The notes under the pieces are model-generated. The model saw only the letters and a list, made by a program, of their open reading frames with translations. It did not search any database and was not told where the DNA came from. A program made the position numbers and the translations under genes. A stretch of 32,000 nucleotides of DNA, from assembly GCF_000015145.1 (NCBI RefSeq), contig NC_008818.1, positions 510,001-542,000 on the forward strand, in the 5' to 3' direction. The DNA comes from Hyperthermus butylicus DSM 5456. Lineage in GTDB: Archaea > Thermoproteota > Thermoprotei_A > Sulfolobales > Pyrodictiaceae. This document shows positions 1 to 9,675 of the stretch, piece by piece. Numbering within the stretch: position 1 is the stretch's first letter; each line of letters opens with the position of its first letter.

Positions 1-1
1 A

Positions 2-250
2 GCTGAGAAGGAGGGCCTAGAGACCGTTACCAAGGATAAGGTTGACGGAATGTTCAAGAGCCTATGGACGAACCCTCTGCCCGAGGCTCCAGAAATAGAC
101 CCAGAAGAGTCGGTCAAGGTTATAGGCAGCGTGGTCGAGAAGGCCTACAAGCAAGCCCTGCAGTTGTCGAGAGAAGCAACAAAGATAGTCATGGCCGAGC
201 GCGGGCTGACAATCGACGAGCCGATAGGCTGTGCATGCGGCAGCGTGTAG
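2..250 (+). CDS. C-terminal fragment of an unidentified protein, open at the window edge
   Basis: Frame 2 is open from the window start (AEKEGLETVTKDKVDGMFKSLW...) to the TAG ending GCACGSV. No family recognised. Confidence 0.5.
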   Translation, partial: AEKEGLETVTKDKVDGMFKSLWTNPLPEAPEIDPEESVKVIGSVVEKAYKQALQLSREATKIVMAERGLTIDEPIGCACGSV

Positions 251-649
251 CAACACGGTCAAAGCCGCTACCTCCCTCTCAAGCCTCGGCTTCCCAACTA
301 GCTTGGCCGGATACCTGACCCGCTCCCCTACCGTTCACCCACTAATCCACCCTAAGTGGTAAGGTGGGCAAGGTAACCTTCCAGCTAGTCGCACCATAAG
401 GTGATGAACAACTAACACCAAGGGTGTTCATAACAGCTTGTTTTCATGATTCTCGGCCGCGAAACGTAGGATGCATAGCCTCGTTTCATGGTCTATCTTG
501 CCAAGGTCTTGCCGGAAATACCATTTCACAAGAGAAGCCTTGCTTGATAATCCTAGTGGAATTCGCACACACTTATGTTTCGCATCCACGCGTGGCACAT
601 GAAAGAATATGAATGCTAAGAGAATTCGAAAGGAGAGGATGTGTGGAAT

Positions 650-728
650 TGGTGCGGCGGCCGGGATTTGAACCCGGGATCACCGGCTTGGAAGGCCGGC
701 GTCCTAGTCCAGGCTAGACGACCGCCGC
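650..728 (-). tRNA. tRNA-Gly(TCC) with encoded CCA
   Basis: The reverse complement GCGGCGGTCGTCTAGCCTGGACTAGGACGCCGGCCTTCCAAGCCGGTGATCCCGGGTTCAAATCCCGGCCGCCGCACCA folds as a cloverleaf: 7-bp acceptor, anticodon loop CTTCCAA, T arm GGTTCAAATC. Confidence 0.95.
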
Positions 729-915
729 AACCGTGTTAGACGCTGAGTTTTAGGGTCCGGGTGTATTATTGGTTACTTGGCTGTGCTGACAAGAGGGTCT
801 CCTTGACCGCCCTGCTGGGCGGGGTGAGGAGAGCCGGAAAAACTGAGCCGCATATACCTGGTCTGATTGTTGGTTAATGCTTAAGAGCCCCCTCCCGTAA
901 GCTGTCTGTAATGGT

Positions 916-990
916 GCCGCCGTAGCTCAGCGGGAGAGCGCCCGGCTGAAGACCGGGCGGTCCGGGGTTCGAATCCCCGCGGCGGCACCA
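916..990 (+). tRNA. tRNA-Phe(GAA) with encoded CCA
   Basis: GCCGCCGTAGCTCAGCGGGAGAGCGCCCGGCTGAAGACCGGGCGGTCCGGGGTTCGAATCCCCGCGGCGGCACCA. Anticodon loop is CTGAAGA. Confidence 0.95.
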
Positions 991-1070
991 GCCCCATTCT
1001 CCGGTCCACTTCTCCTCCCTGTCTGCGGTGGCTTCTTAGCTAGGAGATTGGTGGTGTTTCTGCCGGGCTG

Positions 1071-1137
1071 CTGGTGATGAGGACTTGCCCTTCGCGAGCC
1101 TTGCGGGGGCTGTGACGGCTACCGTGGCGGCTGAGGC
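1071..1137 (+). ncRNA. Candidate box C/D sRNA
   Basis: C box GTGATGA (1074-1080), degenerate C' GTGACGG (1112-1118), 12-nt guide CTACCGTGGCGG, D box CTGA (1131-1134). D' is degenerate. Guides resemble complements of the conserved 16S rRNA 500-532 region (recalled consensus). Confidence 0.4.
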
Positions 1138-1212
1138 AGCCTTAGACTTATAGAGGGGGGCTGGTGTTTCGGGCTGGCTGGGTGCTGGTATAGGGATGGC
1201 TATCTGCTGGGG

Positions 1213-1674
1213 GTGGTTGTGCTGAGCGAGCAGCAGTACCGTTACATTGTCCGGATACTCGGTACTGACATTCCGGGCGATCTGAAGGTACCCTATGGCC
1301 TAGCGCTGGTTAAGGGTATTGGTGTAAACCTAGCTTATGCTCTCTGCAGGCTTCTAGGTATTGATCCAAATAAGAGGATCGGATTTCTCACCGATGCCGA
1401 GATAGAGAAGATCGAGAAGGCAATGGCTAACCCATTAGCGATTGGTATCCCGGTATGGATGCTCAACAGGAGGAAGGACTACGAGACCGGTAAGGATCTA
1501 CATCTAGTGGGTGCTGACCTCATATATTACGTCAAGCGTGACATTGAGAGGGAGAAGAGGATAAGGAGCTGGAGGGGTATACGTCACGCTCTCGGCCTCA
1601 AGGTGCGTGGCCAGAGGACAGCCACAACTGGCCGTATTGGTATGACCATTGGTGTGAGGAAGGGCAAGAAGTAA
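1213..1674 (+). CDS. rps13: 30S ribosomal protein S13 (uS13)
   Basis: 153 aa; ILGTDIPGDLKVPYGLALVKGIG and GIRHALGLKVRGQRTATTGR are S13 signatures. First gene of the S13-S4-S11-RpoD order. Confidence 0.95.
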   Translation: MVVLSEQQYRYIVRILGTDIPGDLKVPYGLALVKGIGVNLAYALCRLLGIDPNKRIGFLTDAEIEKIEKAMANPLAIGIPVWMLNRRKDYETGKDLHLVGADLIYYVKRDIEREKRIRSWRGIRHALGLKVRGQRTATTGRIGMTIGVRKGKK

Positions 1675-1690
1675 TCTCGGGGTGTGAGCC

Positions 1691-2221
1691 GTGGGTGACC
1701 CGAAGAAGCCCCGTAAGAAGTGGATGGGTCCCAAGCACCCCTGGATTAAGGAGAGGCTTGTACGTGAGCTAGAACTGGTTGGTAGGTACGGGCTGCGTAA
1801 CAAGCGTGAGCTATGGAAGCTTGAGACTCTTGCTCGCTACTTCCGTCACCGTGCGCGTTCGCTGCTAGCTCTCCCACCCGAGGTACGTGAAAAGGAAGAA
1901 AAGGCACTGCTGGCAAGGCTTAATGAGCTAGGTGTGCTGCCGGAGAATGCAACGCTTGACGACGTACTGAACCTAACAGCAGAGCACTTCCTCGAGAGGA
2001 GGCTACAAACAATAGTCTACAAGAAGGGCCTAGCCAGGACAATCTACGAGGCACGTCAGCTCATAGTGCATGGTCATATAGCTATTGCTGGTCGGAAGAT
2101 ACGTAGCCCAGGCTACCTGGTTAAGAAGGACGAGGAGGACCTGGTCGACTACGCGCCCACAAGCCCATATGCAAAGCGTAGACTTGAAGAGCAGGTGCAG
2201 CAGGAGGAGGCAGCTAGCTGA
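1691..2221 (+). CDS. rps4: 30S ribosomal protein S4 (uS4)
   Basis: 176 aa; [15 protein letters not shown] and [32 protein letters not shown] (S4 domain). Confidence 0.95.
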   Translation: MGDPKKPRKKWMGPKHPWIKERLVRELELVGRYGLRNKRELWKLETLARYFRHRARSLLALPPEVREKEEKALLARLNELGVLPENATLDDVLNLTAEHFLERRLQTIVYKKGLARTIYEARQLIVHGHIAIAGRKIRSPGYLVKKDEEDLVDYAPTSPYAKRRLEEQVQQEEAAS

Positions 2222-2237
2222 AGAGGGGTGATACACG

Positions 2238-2639
2238 GTGGTGTTCTCGGCTCGCGAGATTAAGTGGGGTGTAGCCCACATATACTCGAGCTACAACAAC
2301 ACGATAATACACATCACAGACCTCACCGGCGCCGAGACCGTAGCTAGGACTAGTGGCGGCATGGTCGTGAAGGCTGACCGCGAGAAGCCAAGCCCCTACG
2401 CCGCAATGCTAGCTGCCAGTCGTGCAGCACAGCAGGCCATGGATAGGGGTATAATGGCGCTTCACATCAAGGTTAGAGCCCCTGGAGGCCACGGCCCCAA
2501 GACGCCAGGCCCGGGTGCACAGGCAGCAATACGTGCTCTAGCAAGAGCAGGCTTCATAATAGGCCGCATTGAGGACGTGACGCCACTGCCCCACGACACA
2601 ACGAGAAGGCCTGGCGGTAGGAGGGGTCGCCGCGTCTAG
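2238..2639 (+). CDS. rps11: 30S ribosomal protein S11 (uS11)
   Basis: 133 aa; [25 protein letters not shown]...[28 protein letters not shown]. Confidence 0.96.
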   Translation: MVFSAREIKWGVAHIYSSYNNTIIHITDLTGAETVARTSGGMVVKADREKPSPYAAMLAASRAAQQAMDRGIMALHIKVRAPGGHGPKTPGPGAQAAIRALARAGFIIGRIEDVTPLPHDTTRRPGGRRGRRV

Positions 2640-2789
2640 CCAGGCGACATTTTACCGCCAGCCGTATCCTGGCTTCTCGCGGAACTCTTTGCTCCGCCTA
2701 CCCGGTTTTGTCACGGCCTCCCCTCTGTGGGGCTGCATGCAGGAATATAACTTGGCTTGGGCTGACTTGCTGCGCTAGGGAGCTGCGTC

Positions 2790-3635
2790 TTGGCGAGGCT
2801 GTGCATACTAGATAAGGATAGGCTGACGATTCGACTCTACGTTGAGGGGTTCGGGCTCCCACTAGTAAATGCTATACGCAGGGCAGCCTATTCCGATGTG
2901 CCGGTAATGGCTGTAGATGTTGTCGAGGTGTTTGAAAACAACACCGTGCTCTACGATGAGATTATAGCTCACCGCTTAGGCCTAATACCCCTAACCAGCA
3001 AGGAGGCGCTACAGAAGTACAAGAGGCCTGAGGAGTGCGAGAAAGCTGAGCTGGGCGACCCCAGCTGTTACGTGGTTCTACGCCTCGAAGTTGAGACAGG
3101 GCCGCGAGAGGAGCGCATAGTGTACAGCGGCGACCTCGAGACCAGTGACCCCGATGTACGCCCTGTCTACGATAATATGCCGATAGTGGTTATGGCCCCT
3201 GATCAGAGGCTGAGGCTGCAGGCATACGCGAGACTGGGTTATGGCCGAGAGCATGCCAAGTGGATGCCAGTTAGCGTTGCTGCCCACCGTTACCTCCCAA
3301 TACTAGAGTTTAACCTCGACGAGATGAGCGATGAGTGCATCCGCTGTATAGAGTCGGGCTATCCCGAGCTAGCGGCAAAGATAAGGGAGATGCGCAGCGG
3401 CAGCATAGCTGTGGTCGAGGACGTGAACACGTCTGGGCTATACTGGTGTGTACAGAGAAGATGTGGTGGCAAAGGCGTAAAGCTAGTCTACGACGATAAA
3501 CGATTCATACTGAAGATAGAGTCTACCGGCGCCCTCCCACCAGAGGATATTGTGCGGGAGGCTGCTAGAGCTATTGTGAGGAAGGCTGAAAACCTACTCT
3601 CCCAGCTAGCTGAGCTACGCCGGGAGCAAGGTTAG
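2790..3635 (+). CDS. rpoD: DNA-directed RNA polymerase subunit Rpo3 (RpoD)
   Basis: 281 aa; LPLVNAIRRAAYSDVPVMAVDVVEVFENNTVLYDEIIAHRLGLIPL; syntenic after S11. Confidence 0.94.
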   Translation: MARLCILDKDRLTIRLYVEGFGLPLVNAIRRAAYSDVPVMAVDVVEVFENNTVLYDEIIAHRLGLIPLTSKEALQKYKRPEECEKAELGDPSCYVVLRLEVETGPREERIVYSGDLETSDPDVRPVYDNMPIVVMAPDQRLRLQAYARLGYGREHAKWMPVSVAAHRYLPILEFNLDEMSDECIRCIESGYPELAAKIREMRSGSIAVVEDVNTSGLYWCVQRRCGGKGVKLVYDDKRFILKIESTGALPPEDIVREAARAIVRKAENLLSQLAELRREQG

Positions 3636-3646
3636 GGTGAGCAGCG

Positions 3647-4018
3647 GTGCAGACCACGAAGAGGACGGGGCCAACAAACATACTCGTAAGAATGACGATA
3701 CGTAAGCTACGCAGTGCAGCCCACAGAAACAAGGCGCCAATATGGAGGTATGTAGCGGAGCTTATCGAAAGGCCCCGAAGGCTGAGAATAGTAGTCAATG
3801 TGAGTAAGATTAACCGCTACACAGAGCCCGGAGACGTCGTTGTCGTACCAGGCAAGGTTCTCGGTGCCGGCAGCATAGACCATCCTGTAACTGTGGCAGC
3901 TCTAGGTTTTAGCGAGGAGGCAGCCCGGAAGATAGTCTCTGCTGGCGGCAGGATAATGCACATACTACAGCTCATCGAGGAGAATCCGCGCGGCAGCAAG
4001 GTCAAAATTATAATCTAG
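3647..4018 (+). CDS. rpl18e: 50S ribosomal protein L18e (eL18)
   Basis: TGPTNILVRMTIRKLRSAAHRNKAPIWRYVAELI...VVVPGKVLGAGSIDHPVTVAALGFS. Confidence 0.93.
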   Translation: MQTTKRTGPTNILVRMTIRKLRSAAHRNKAPIWRYVAELIERPRRLRIVVNVSKINRYTEPGDVVVVPGKVLGAGSIDHPVTVAALGFSEEAARKIVSAGGRIMHILQLIEENPRGSKVKIII

Positions 4019-4052
4019 CCTCCCGTCATGGTGTGGGCTGGGGTGTACGGTT

Positions 4053-4538
4053 ATGGGCACGGTTAAGGTTGTAGCGCCAAAGCCTCCGGAGAGGGTCCTC
4101 TACGTGGATGCTACTGACCAGGTATTAGGTAGGATGGCTGCTGAGGTAGCTAAGAAGCTCCTAGAGGGCTACCGCGTCTACATTGTGAACGCTGAGAAAG
4201 CTGTGATAAGCGGCGATCCTCTAATGGTGTTCCGCGGCTACAGGATCTGGTGGGAGATCAAGGTACACGTTAACCCCTACAAGTGGGGCCCGCACAGGCC
4301 AAGGAGCCCAATAGCAATAGTCAAGAAGGCCGTCTATGGTATGCTGCCGAAGAACAAGCAGAAGGGTCGCGAGGCTATGAGGAGGCTCAAGGTATACATT
4401 GGTGTGCCGGAGGAGTTGAAGAACAAGCAGTTTATACGGTTCGGTTTCGCGGATGCACGTAGACTGGGTCACAAGTTTATACGTGTAGGCGAGCTAGCTC
4501 AGAGGCTTGGATGGAAGGGGGTGCGGTCTAGGAGTTGA
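4053..4538 (+). CDS. rpl13: 50S ribosomal protein L13 (uL13)
   Basis: VLYVDATDQVLGRMAAEVAKKLL...GPHRPRSPIAIVKKAVYGMLPKNKQKGREAMRRLKVYIG. Confidence 0.94.
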   Translation: MGTVKVVAPKPPERVLYVDATDQVLGRMAAEVAKKLLEGYRVYIVNAEKAVISGDPLMVFRGYRIWWEIKVHVNPYKWGPHRPRSPIAIVKKAVYGMLPKNKQKGREAMRRLKVYIGVPEELKNKQFIRFGFADARRLGHKFIRVGELAQRLGWKGVRSRS

Positions 4539-5011
4539 GCGCGGAGGCTCAGCAGGTGGCGGTGCAGCAGCCTAGGCTGCTTGGTGCATATGTGCAGGTT
4601 GAGAAGCCTGTGAAGATAGTCATAGCTGTGGGTAAGAGGAAGACCAGTATAGCTAGGGCGGTCGTCAAGCCGGGCAAAGGGCGTGTATGGGTTAACGGTG
4701 TGCCGATAGAGCTGTGGCCCATAGAGATGGCCCGCTGGAAGATGATGGAGCCGCTCCTACTAGCTGGCAAGGACATAGTCAACAGTGTTGATATAAAGGT
4801 TAGTGTGTACGGAGGCGGCGTCATGAGCCAGGCTGACGCTGTAAGAATGGCTATTGCAAGAGGCCTCGTAGCCTACACGGGCAGCAAGGAGTTGCGCGAC
4901 ATATTCGAGGAGTTCGACCGTTCAATGATAGCTGGTGATCCGAGACAGACGGAGCCGGAGAAGCCTATGAGGAGGAGTGCTAGGAGAAGGTGGCAGAAGA
5001 GCTATAGGTGA
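4535..5011 (+). CDS. rps9: 30S ribosomal protein S9 (uS9)
   Basis: VIAVGKRKTSIARAVVKPGKGRVWVNG...C-terminal SARRRWQKSYR; overlaps rpl13. Confidence 0.94.
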   Translation: MSAEAQQVAVQQPRLLGAYVQVEKPVKIVIAVGKRKTSIARAVVKPGKGRVWVNGVPIELWPIEMARWKMMEPLLLAGKDIVNSVDIKVSVYGGGVMSQADAVRMAIARGLVAYTGSKELRDIFEEFDRSMIAGDPRQTEPEKPMRRSARRRWQKSYR

Positions 5012-5017
5012 AACACT

Positions 5018-5218
5018 ATGATTATTCCTATGCGTTGTTTTACGTGTGGTAGGCCTCTTGCTCAGTACTGGGAGGAGTTTCGTAGCCGCGTTGAGGGGGG
5101 CGAAGATCCCCGGAAGGTGCTTGATGAACTTGGTGTCAAAAGGTACTGTTGTAGGAAGACCCTACTGGCTCACGTTCCAGCCATCTATGAGGTTCGCAAG
5201 TTTAAGCGTGTACTCTAG
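5018..5218 (+). CDS. rpoN: DNA-directed RNA polymerase subunit Rpo10 (RpoN)
   Basis: 66 aa; MIIPMRCFTCGRPLAQYWEEF...LGVKRYCCRKTLLAH, the zinc-bundle CFTCG...RYCCR pattern. Confidence 0.95.
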   Translation: MIIPMRCFTCGRPLAQYWEEFRSRVEGGEDPRKVLDELGVKRYCCRKTLLAHVPAIYEVRKFKRVL

Positions 5219-5263
5219 AGGTATAACCCCCCGTCCAGCTTGGTGCGTGGAGGGGGCTAGAAG

Positions 5264-5914
5264 ATGAGCCAGGAGTATGGGAGGCAGCAGGTAGAGATCG
5301 GGGGTAAGGTGGTAGAGCTACTCGTACCCCTTGAGCGTTACCTCTCGGCGGGAGTCCACATAGGTACACACATTTGTACAGCATATATGAGGAAGTTTGT
5401 GTACAGGGTTAGGCCTGACGGGCTCTACATCCTCGACATAAGGAAGACTGATGAGAGGCTAAGGGTGGCAGCAAAGTTCCTCGCTAGGTTTGAGCCCTCC
5501 AAGATAGTAGCGGTATCTGTGCGTCAGTACGGTCAGAGGCCTGTCCAGAAATTCTGCACATATATAGGCTGCAAGGCGATAACTGGCAGGATACTGCCTG
5601 GCACATTTACCAACCCGAGCCTAGAGTGGTACGTAGAGCCTGACGTCATAGTGGTCACGGACCCGCGTGCTGATAGCCAGGCAGTGGATGAGGCCGCGCG
5701 CATGGGCATCCCTGTAGTAGCACTTACCGACACCGACAACCGTGTAGAGAACATAGACCTTGTGATACCTGTCAACAACAAGGGTAGGAAGAGCCTAGCG
5801 CTAGTCTACTGGATACTCACCCGTGAAATACTAAGAGAGCAGGGCAAGATACCGCAGGATCAGGATCTACCCGAGCCGCCGGAAGCATTTGAGTTCAAGG
5901 TTAGGAGACACTAG
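5264..5914 (+). CDS. rps2: 30S ribosomal protein S2 (uS2)
   Basis: 216 aa; [17 protein letters not shown]...[33 protein letters not shown]. Confidence 0.95.
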
Positions 5915-6000
5915 CATGGAACAGCGCTTCTCCCTAGCTAGTAGGCCGATACTTTCGCACAGCCGATTTGTAGTGCTCCTCCTTCTCTATTCCTAGCTGG

Positions 6001-6894
6001 GTGAGGTGGCTAGTCCTGGCCAGCTACGCTGGCAGGATCATCGCTGGCCGCCGTCTTCCAGCCGTTGCAGGCTTATTTTACGAGGCTGATGCAGAGGCTC
6101 TAAAGGCGCAGATAGAGGCTGCCTTCCGGCACCCCCTGGGGCCCGGCTATGTACCGGAGGCTAGTAGTGAGAGGCGTCGTGAAAGCCTCGGCTTTCTCGT
6201 GCCACACGCAGGTTACATGTACAGCGGCCCAATAGCAGTCCACGCCTACGCTAAAATGGCCTTGGAGGGCTCTGCCGAGACCTACGTGATAGTAGGTCCT
6301 AACCACACAGGCCTCGGCGCTAGCGTGTCGGTTTACCCGGGAACAGCCTGGTCTACGCCACTGGGCGAGCTACAGGTCGACACTGAGCTTGCACGAGTAT
6401 TAGTTAAGGCTAGCTCGTACGCCGAGCTTGACGAGAAGGCTCACCTATACGAGCATAGTGTCGAGGTTCAACTACCCTTCCTCCAGTACCTCTTCAATGC
6501 ACGGGTTAGGATACTACCTGTGGTAGTCTATGAGCAAACACCCGAAGTTGCTCGAGACATTGCGGAGGCTCTCGTTGAGGCTGTGGAGAAGACGGGGAGA
6601 GACGTGGTTTTCATAGCTACGAGCAATCTTACACACTATGAGCCCTACGAGGCTGCTGTCGAGAAGGATAAGAAGGTTATAGATGCGATAATCTCGCTTA
6701 ACGCTGAGGAGCTATACAGGATTGTAACCAGCACGCCGGTCTCGATGTGTGGTCCGGCCGCGGCAATGGCGCTGATATACTACGCGAGGCTCCGCGACGC
6801 TCGTGGAGTTGAACTGTTGAAATACGCTACTAGCGGCGATGTAGCAGGTGATAAGAAGAGCGTTGTTGGCTATGCCGCTATAAGAGTCTACTAG
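6001..6894 (+). CDS. MEMO1-family protein (AmmeMemoRadiSam system protein B-like)
   Basis: 297 aa; GFLVPHAGYMYSGPIAVHAYAKMA...VIVGPNHTGLG...HSVEVQLPFLQYLF...VFIATSNLTHYEPY. Confidence 0.88.
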   Translation: MRWLVLASYAGRIIAGRRLPAVAGLFYEADAEALKAQIEAAFRHPLGPGYVPEASSERRRESLGFLVPHAGYMYSGPIAVHAYAKMALEGSAETYVIVGPNHTGLGASVSVYPGTAWSTPLGELQVDTELARVLVKASSYAELDEKAHLYEHSVEVQLPFLQYLFNARVRILPVVVYEQTPEVARDIAEALVEAVEKTGRDVVFIATSNLTHYEPYEAAVEKDKKVIDAIISLNAEELYRIVTSTPVSMCGPAAAMALIYYARLRDARGVELLKYATSGDVAGDKKSVVGYAAIRVY

Positions 6895-6923
6895 CGATAG
6901 GGGCCTCGGCGGGCAGAGGAGCC

Positions 6924-7733
6924 TTGTACGAGTTCCCCTTGGCACTTGTGTTCGCTGGCGTACCTATTCCCGGGCGCAGCAATCCCTACATAGTCCTTGT
7001 GACTCCTAACACCCCCATAGGCGTTGATGTTGATGTTGAGGAGTCAGATAAGCCCTTGGCACGCGTTACCGGTGCTAGTCTGGGTTGGCGTTTTGAGCTA
7101 GCAGTAAAATCCTTCGTGGACACAGTGGCGGCACGACTCGAACAGCCAGTATCTATTAGTCTGCGTGTTGTGCTGCCCAGTAGTCTACAGTATCCACCTC
7201 CGGCCTCGGTCTATGCTGCTGTAACGCTAGCCATAGTTGCTAGTGTCGCGGAGGCTGGGGGCTACAGCATGGATCCCTATGAGGTTCTAGAGGCTGCAAA
7301 TAGCATAGACGAGGAGGGAGGTGTCGGCCTAGACTTCATAGATGCCATGAGGACCGCGATAGTCCGTGGTGAGAGCATAGTCTACCGTCGTGGCGAGGAC
7401 TCAGTACCATTGAGTATGGGTTCCAGGGTCGAGCTTGAGCTTGTCGGGGAGGATGATATAGGCGAGGACATGTCGAGGCAGCTCGATGAGTCTGTTATGG
7501 CTGCTGTGACGAGGCTCGGCGGGATGGCTGTTGTAGCAGCGGTGCAGAAGTTACGCAGTAGCGACTTTAGCCATGTCTTCCAGCTCGTCTCGAGAGTGGA
7601 TAACGCACTATTCCACCTACTCTATGGCGTCCAGACGCCGGAGGGGCCCTGCAAGTGGACACCATCGCTGCAGAGGGTGTACGGTGTTTGCCTCGAGGCG
7701 GGGCTGGGAGACAAGGTGGAGTTTACGTTGTAA
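6924..7733 (+). CDS. Divergent GHMP-kinase-like protein at the usual mevalonate-kinase position; catalytic competence doubtful
   Basis: 269 aa between MEMO and IPK. N-terminal region and EEGGVGLDFIDAMRTAIVRGE resemble the GHMP fold, but the P-x-x-x-GLGSSAA loop reads PSSLQYPPPASVYAAV. Confidence 0.55.
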   Translation: MYEFPLALVFAGVPIPGRSNPYIVLVTPNTPIGVDVDVEESDKPLARVTGASLGWRFELAVKSFVDTVAARLEQPVSISLRVVLPSSLQYPPPASVYAAVTLAIVASVAEAGGYSMDPYEVLEAANSIDEEGGVGLDFIDAMRTAIVRGESIVYRRGEDSVPLSMGSRVELELVGEDDIGEDMSRQLDESVMAAVTRLGGMAVVAAVQKLRSSDFSHVFQLVSRVDNALFHLLYGVQTPEGPCKWTPSLQRVYGVCLEAGLGDKVEFTL

Positions 7734-8470
7734 AGCTTGGCGGTAGCGTTGTAACCGTGAAGGATAAGCCGTTTACGCCAAACCTTGACATACTCCACCA
7801 CCTTGCTAGGGTTCTCGCGGGGCTCAATAGGGAGGGCAGGCTTGCAGGCATAGTTATAGGCGGTGAAAGCTATGGCCACTACGTAGCTAAGACTCTCGGA
7901 GAAGCAGGCGTTAGTGCTGGTGAGGCATTGTCAGCTATTCCCAGGGCTATGATGGAGCTTAGCCTTCTAGCTGCGGACGTGTTCTCCATGTATGGGCTAC
8001 ATGTTGTGGTATATCCGCCTCACAGCTTCTGCAAACCTCAAGGACTAAGACCCTCCTGCAACTGGAGCCTAGTCATGGGTTATGAGTGGGGGCGTCCTAT
8101 ACCCCTAGTCTATGGTGATGCCTACCCCTGCTCCAGCGGGGCCTGCATTGTCTCGGGCGATGAGCTAGCAATGGAAATGGCTTGTGCTCTCGGAGCCAGC
8201 GGCGTCATCTATGCCACCACCGTGCCGGGTGTATTGGGTAGGGATGGTAGGCCTATCCCGAGGCTTAGGCTCAGCGAGCTAGACAGGGTGGCAGTAGGGG
8301 GTTCCGACAAACTAGACGTCACTGGTGGTATGAGAAGGAAGCTTGAAGCCATAAGGGCTAATTGGTGTGAGGGGCTAAGCCGCGTAGTTATAGTCTATGG
8401 TTTGGAGCCGAACAACATAGAGCAAGCAGTACTGGGCGCAGCGGGGGTTGGCACTGAAATACTCCCCTAG
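7655..8470 (+). CDS. ipk: Isopentenyl phosphate kinase
   Basis: Amino-acid-kinase fold VYVVKLGGSVVTVKDKPFTPN...IVIGGESYGHYVA...GDAYPC...VPGVLG...DVTGGMRRKLEAI. The conserved part starts near 7724; start may be TTG 7688. Confidence 0.88.
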   Translation: MDTIAAEGVRCLPRGGAGRQGGVYVVKLGGSVVTVKDKPFTPNLDILHHLARVLAGLNREGRLAGIVIGGESYGHYVAKTLGEAGVSAGEALSAIPRAMMELSLLAADVFSMYGLHVVVYPPHSFCKPQGLRPSCNWSLVMGYEWGRPIPLVYGDAYPCSSGACIVSGDELAMEMACALGASGVIYATTVPGVLGRDGRPIPRLRLSELDRVAVGGSDKLDVTGGMRRKLEAIRANWCEGLSRVVIVYGLEPNNIEQAVLGAAGVGTEILP

Positions 8471-8504
8471 GAAGTCCTGCATCATGTGAGGTGTACGGTA
8501 GGCC

Positions 8505-9656
8505 TTGCAGACAAAGACGCGGAAGCTTGACCACATAAGGATAACAGTTGACAGTGATGTTGAGCATCCAGGGAAGATCACGCTGCTAGAACACGTCGAG
8601 CTGGTACACCGCGCGCTCCCCGAGACGGCGCTCTCAAGCATTGATACCAGCATAGAGTTTCTCGGTAAGCAGCTCAGCATGCCGCTAATGGTTACAGGCA
8701 TGACTGGTGGTCACCCAGTGGCTGCGAGGATAAACTGTGTAATCGCTAGAGCGGCGGCGCGGCTAGGCATAGCAATTGGCGTGGGGAGCCAGCGTGCAGC
8801 AATAGAGGATCCATCGCTAGAGTATACGTTCCGTGTTGCGAGGGATTGTGCCAGGGAGGAGGGTGGTGATGTGGTCCTCGTTGCAAACCTTGGGGCTGCG
8901 CAACTCGTGGCAGGCTACGGTGTTGAGCATGTGAGGAGGGCTATAGAGATGATTGATGCTGACGCTGTGGCGATACATGTTAATGCTGCGCAGGAAGCTT
9001 TCCAGCCGGAGGGAGATGTAGACTTCCGTAACGCCATAGACCTTGTAGCCGAGGTTGCGAGAGAGCTGGACAAACCCGTAATAGTCAAGGAGACCGGGCA
9101 TGGCCTAGGCTACGAGGTTGTATATGTGCTCCGTGGCCGAGGGATAAGGTTCTTCGACGTCTCAGGAGCTGGCGGTACTAGCTGGGTACGCGTTGAATAC
9201 TTCCGTGCCAGGATACGAGGCCTCCAGGGCCTAGCAGAGGCTGCCAAAACATTCTCGTCCTGGGGCATACCCACAGCCCAAGCAGTGGTTGAGACCCGCT
9301 GGGCAGCACCAGACTCATGCATAATAGCTAGCGGTGGAGTGAGAACCGGGCTTGATGCCGCGAAAGCAATAGCGCTAGGCGCCGATATTGCCGGCCTCGC
9401 ATTGCCAGTAATAAGAGCCTATACGGTTGGTGACCTCGACGGTGTTATAGGGCTCCTCGAGAGGATAGGTATGGAGTTCAAGGCGGCACTATTCCTTACG
9501 GGTGCTAGCAGCCTCGCTGAGGCTAGGAGGCTACCACTAATCGTTAGTCCCGAGCTAGAATCGAGGCTCCAGGCTCGGGGAGTAAAGCTGGATCTCTACC
9601 TTAACGGTGCCAGACTCCTTTTCAAGCCCGGTGAGACATGTAGCAACTGGGCCTAG
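8505..9656 (+). CDS. fni: Isopentenyl-diphosphate delta-isomerase, type 2
   Basis: 383 aa; RKLDHIRITVDSDVEH...MPLMVTGMTGGHP...GVGSQRAAIEDP...VIVKETGHGLGYE...FFDVSGAGGTSW. Confidence 0.94.
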   Translation: MQTKTRKLDHIRITVDSDVEHPGKITLLEHVELVHRALPETALSSIDTSIEFLGKQLSMPLMVTGMTGGHPVAARINCVIARAAARLGIAIGVGSQRAAIEDPSLEYTFRVARDCAREEGGDVVLVANLGAAQLVAGYGVEHVRRAIEMIDADAVAIHVNAAQEAFQPEGDVDFRNAIDLVAEVARELDKPVIVKETGHGLGYEVVYVLRGRGIRFFDVSGAGGTSWVRVEYFRARIRGLQGLAEAAKTFSSWGIPTAQAVVETRWAAPDSCIIASGGVRTGLDAAKAIALGADIAGLALPVIRAYTVGDLDGVIGLLERIGMEFKAALFLTGASSLAEARRLPLIVSPELESRLQARGVKLDLYLNGARLLFKPGETCSNWA

Positions 9657-9675
9657 CCGGCAGAGGGCATGGGTT

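Noticed and set aside
401-470. Possible box C (GTGATGA at 401-407) suggesting another C/D sRNA
   Set aside because: No CTGA D box and no C' at archaeal spacing downstream.
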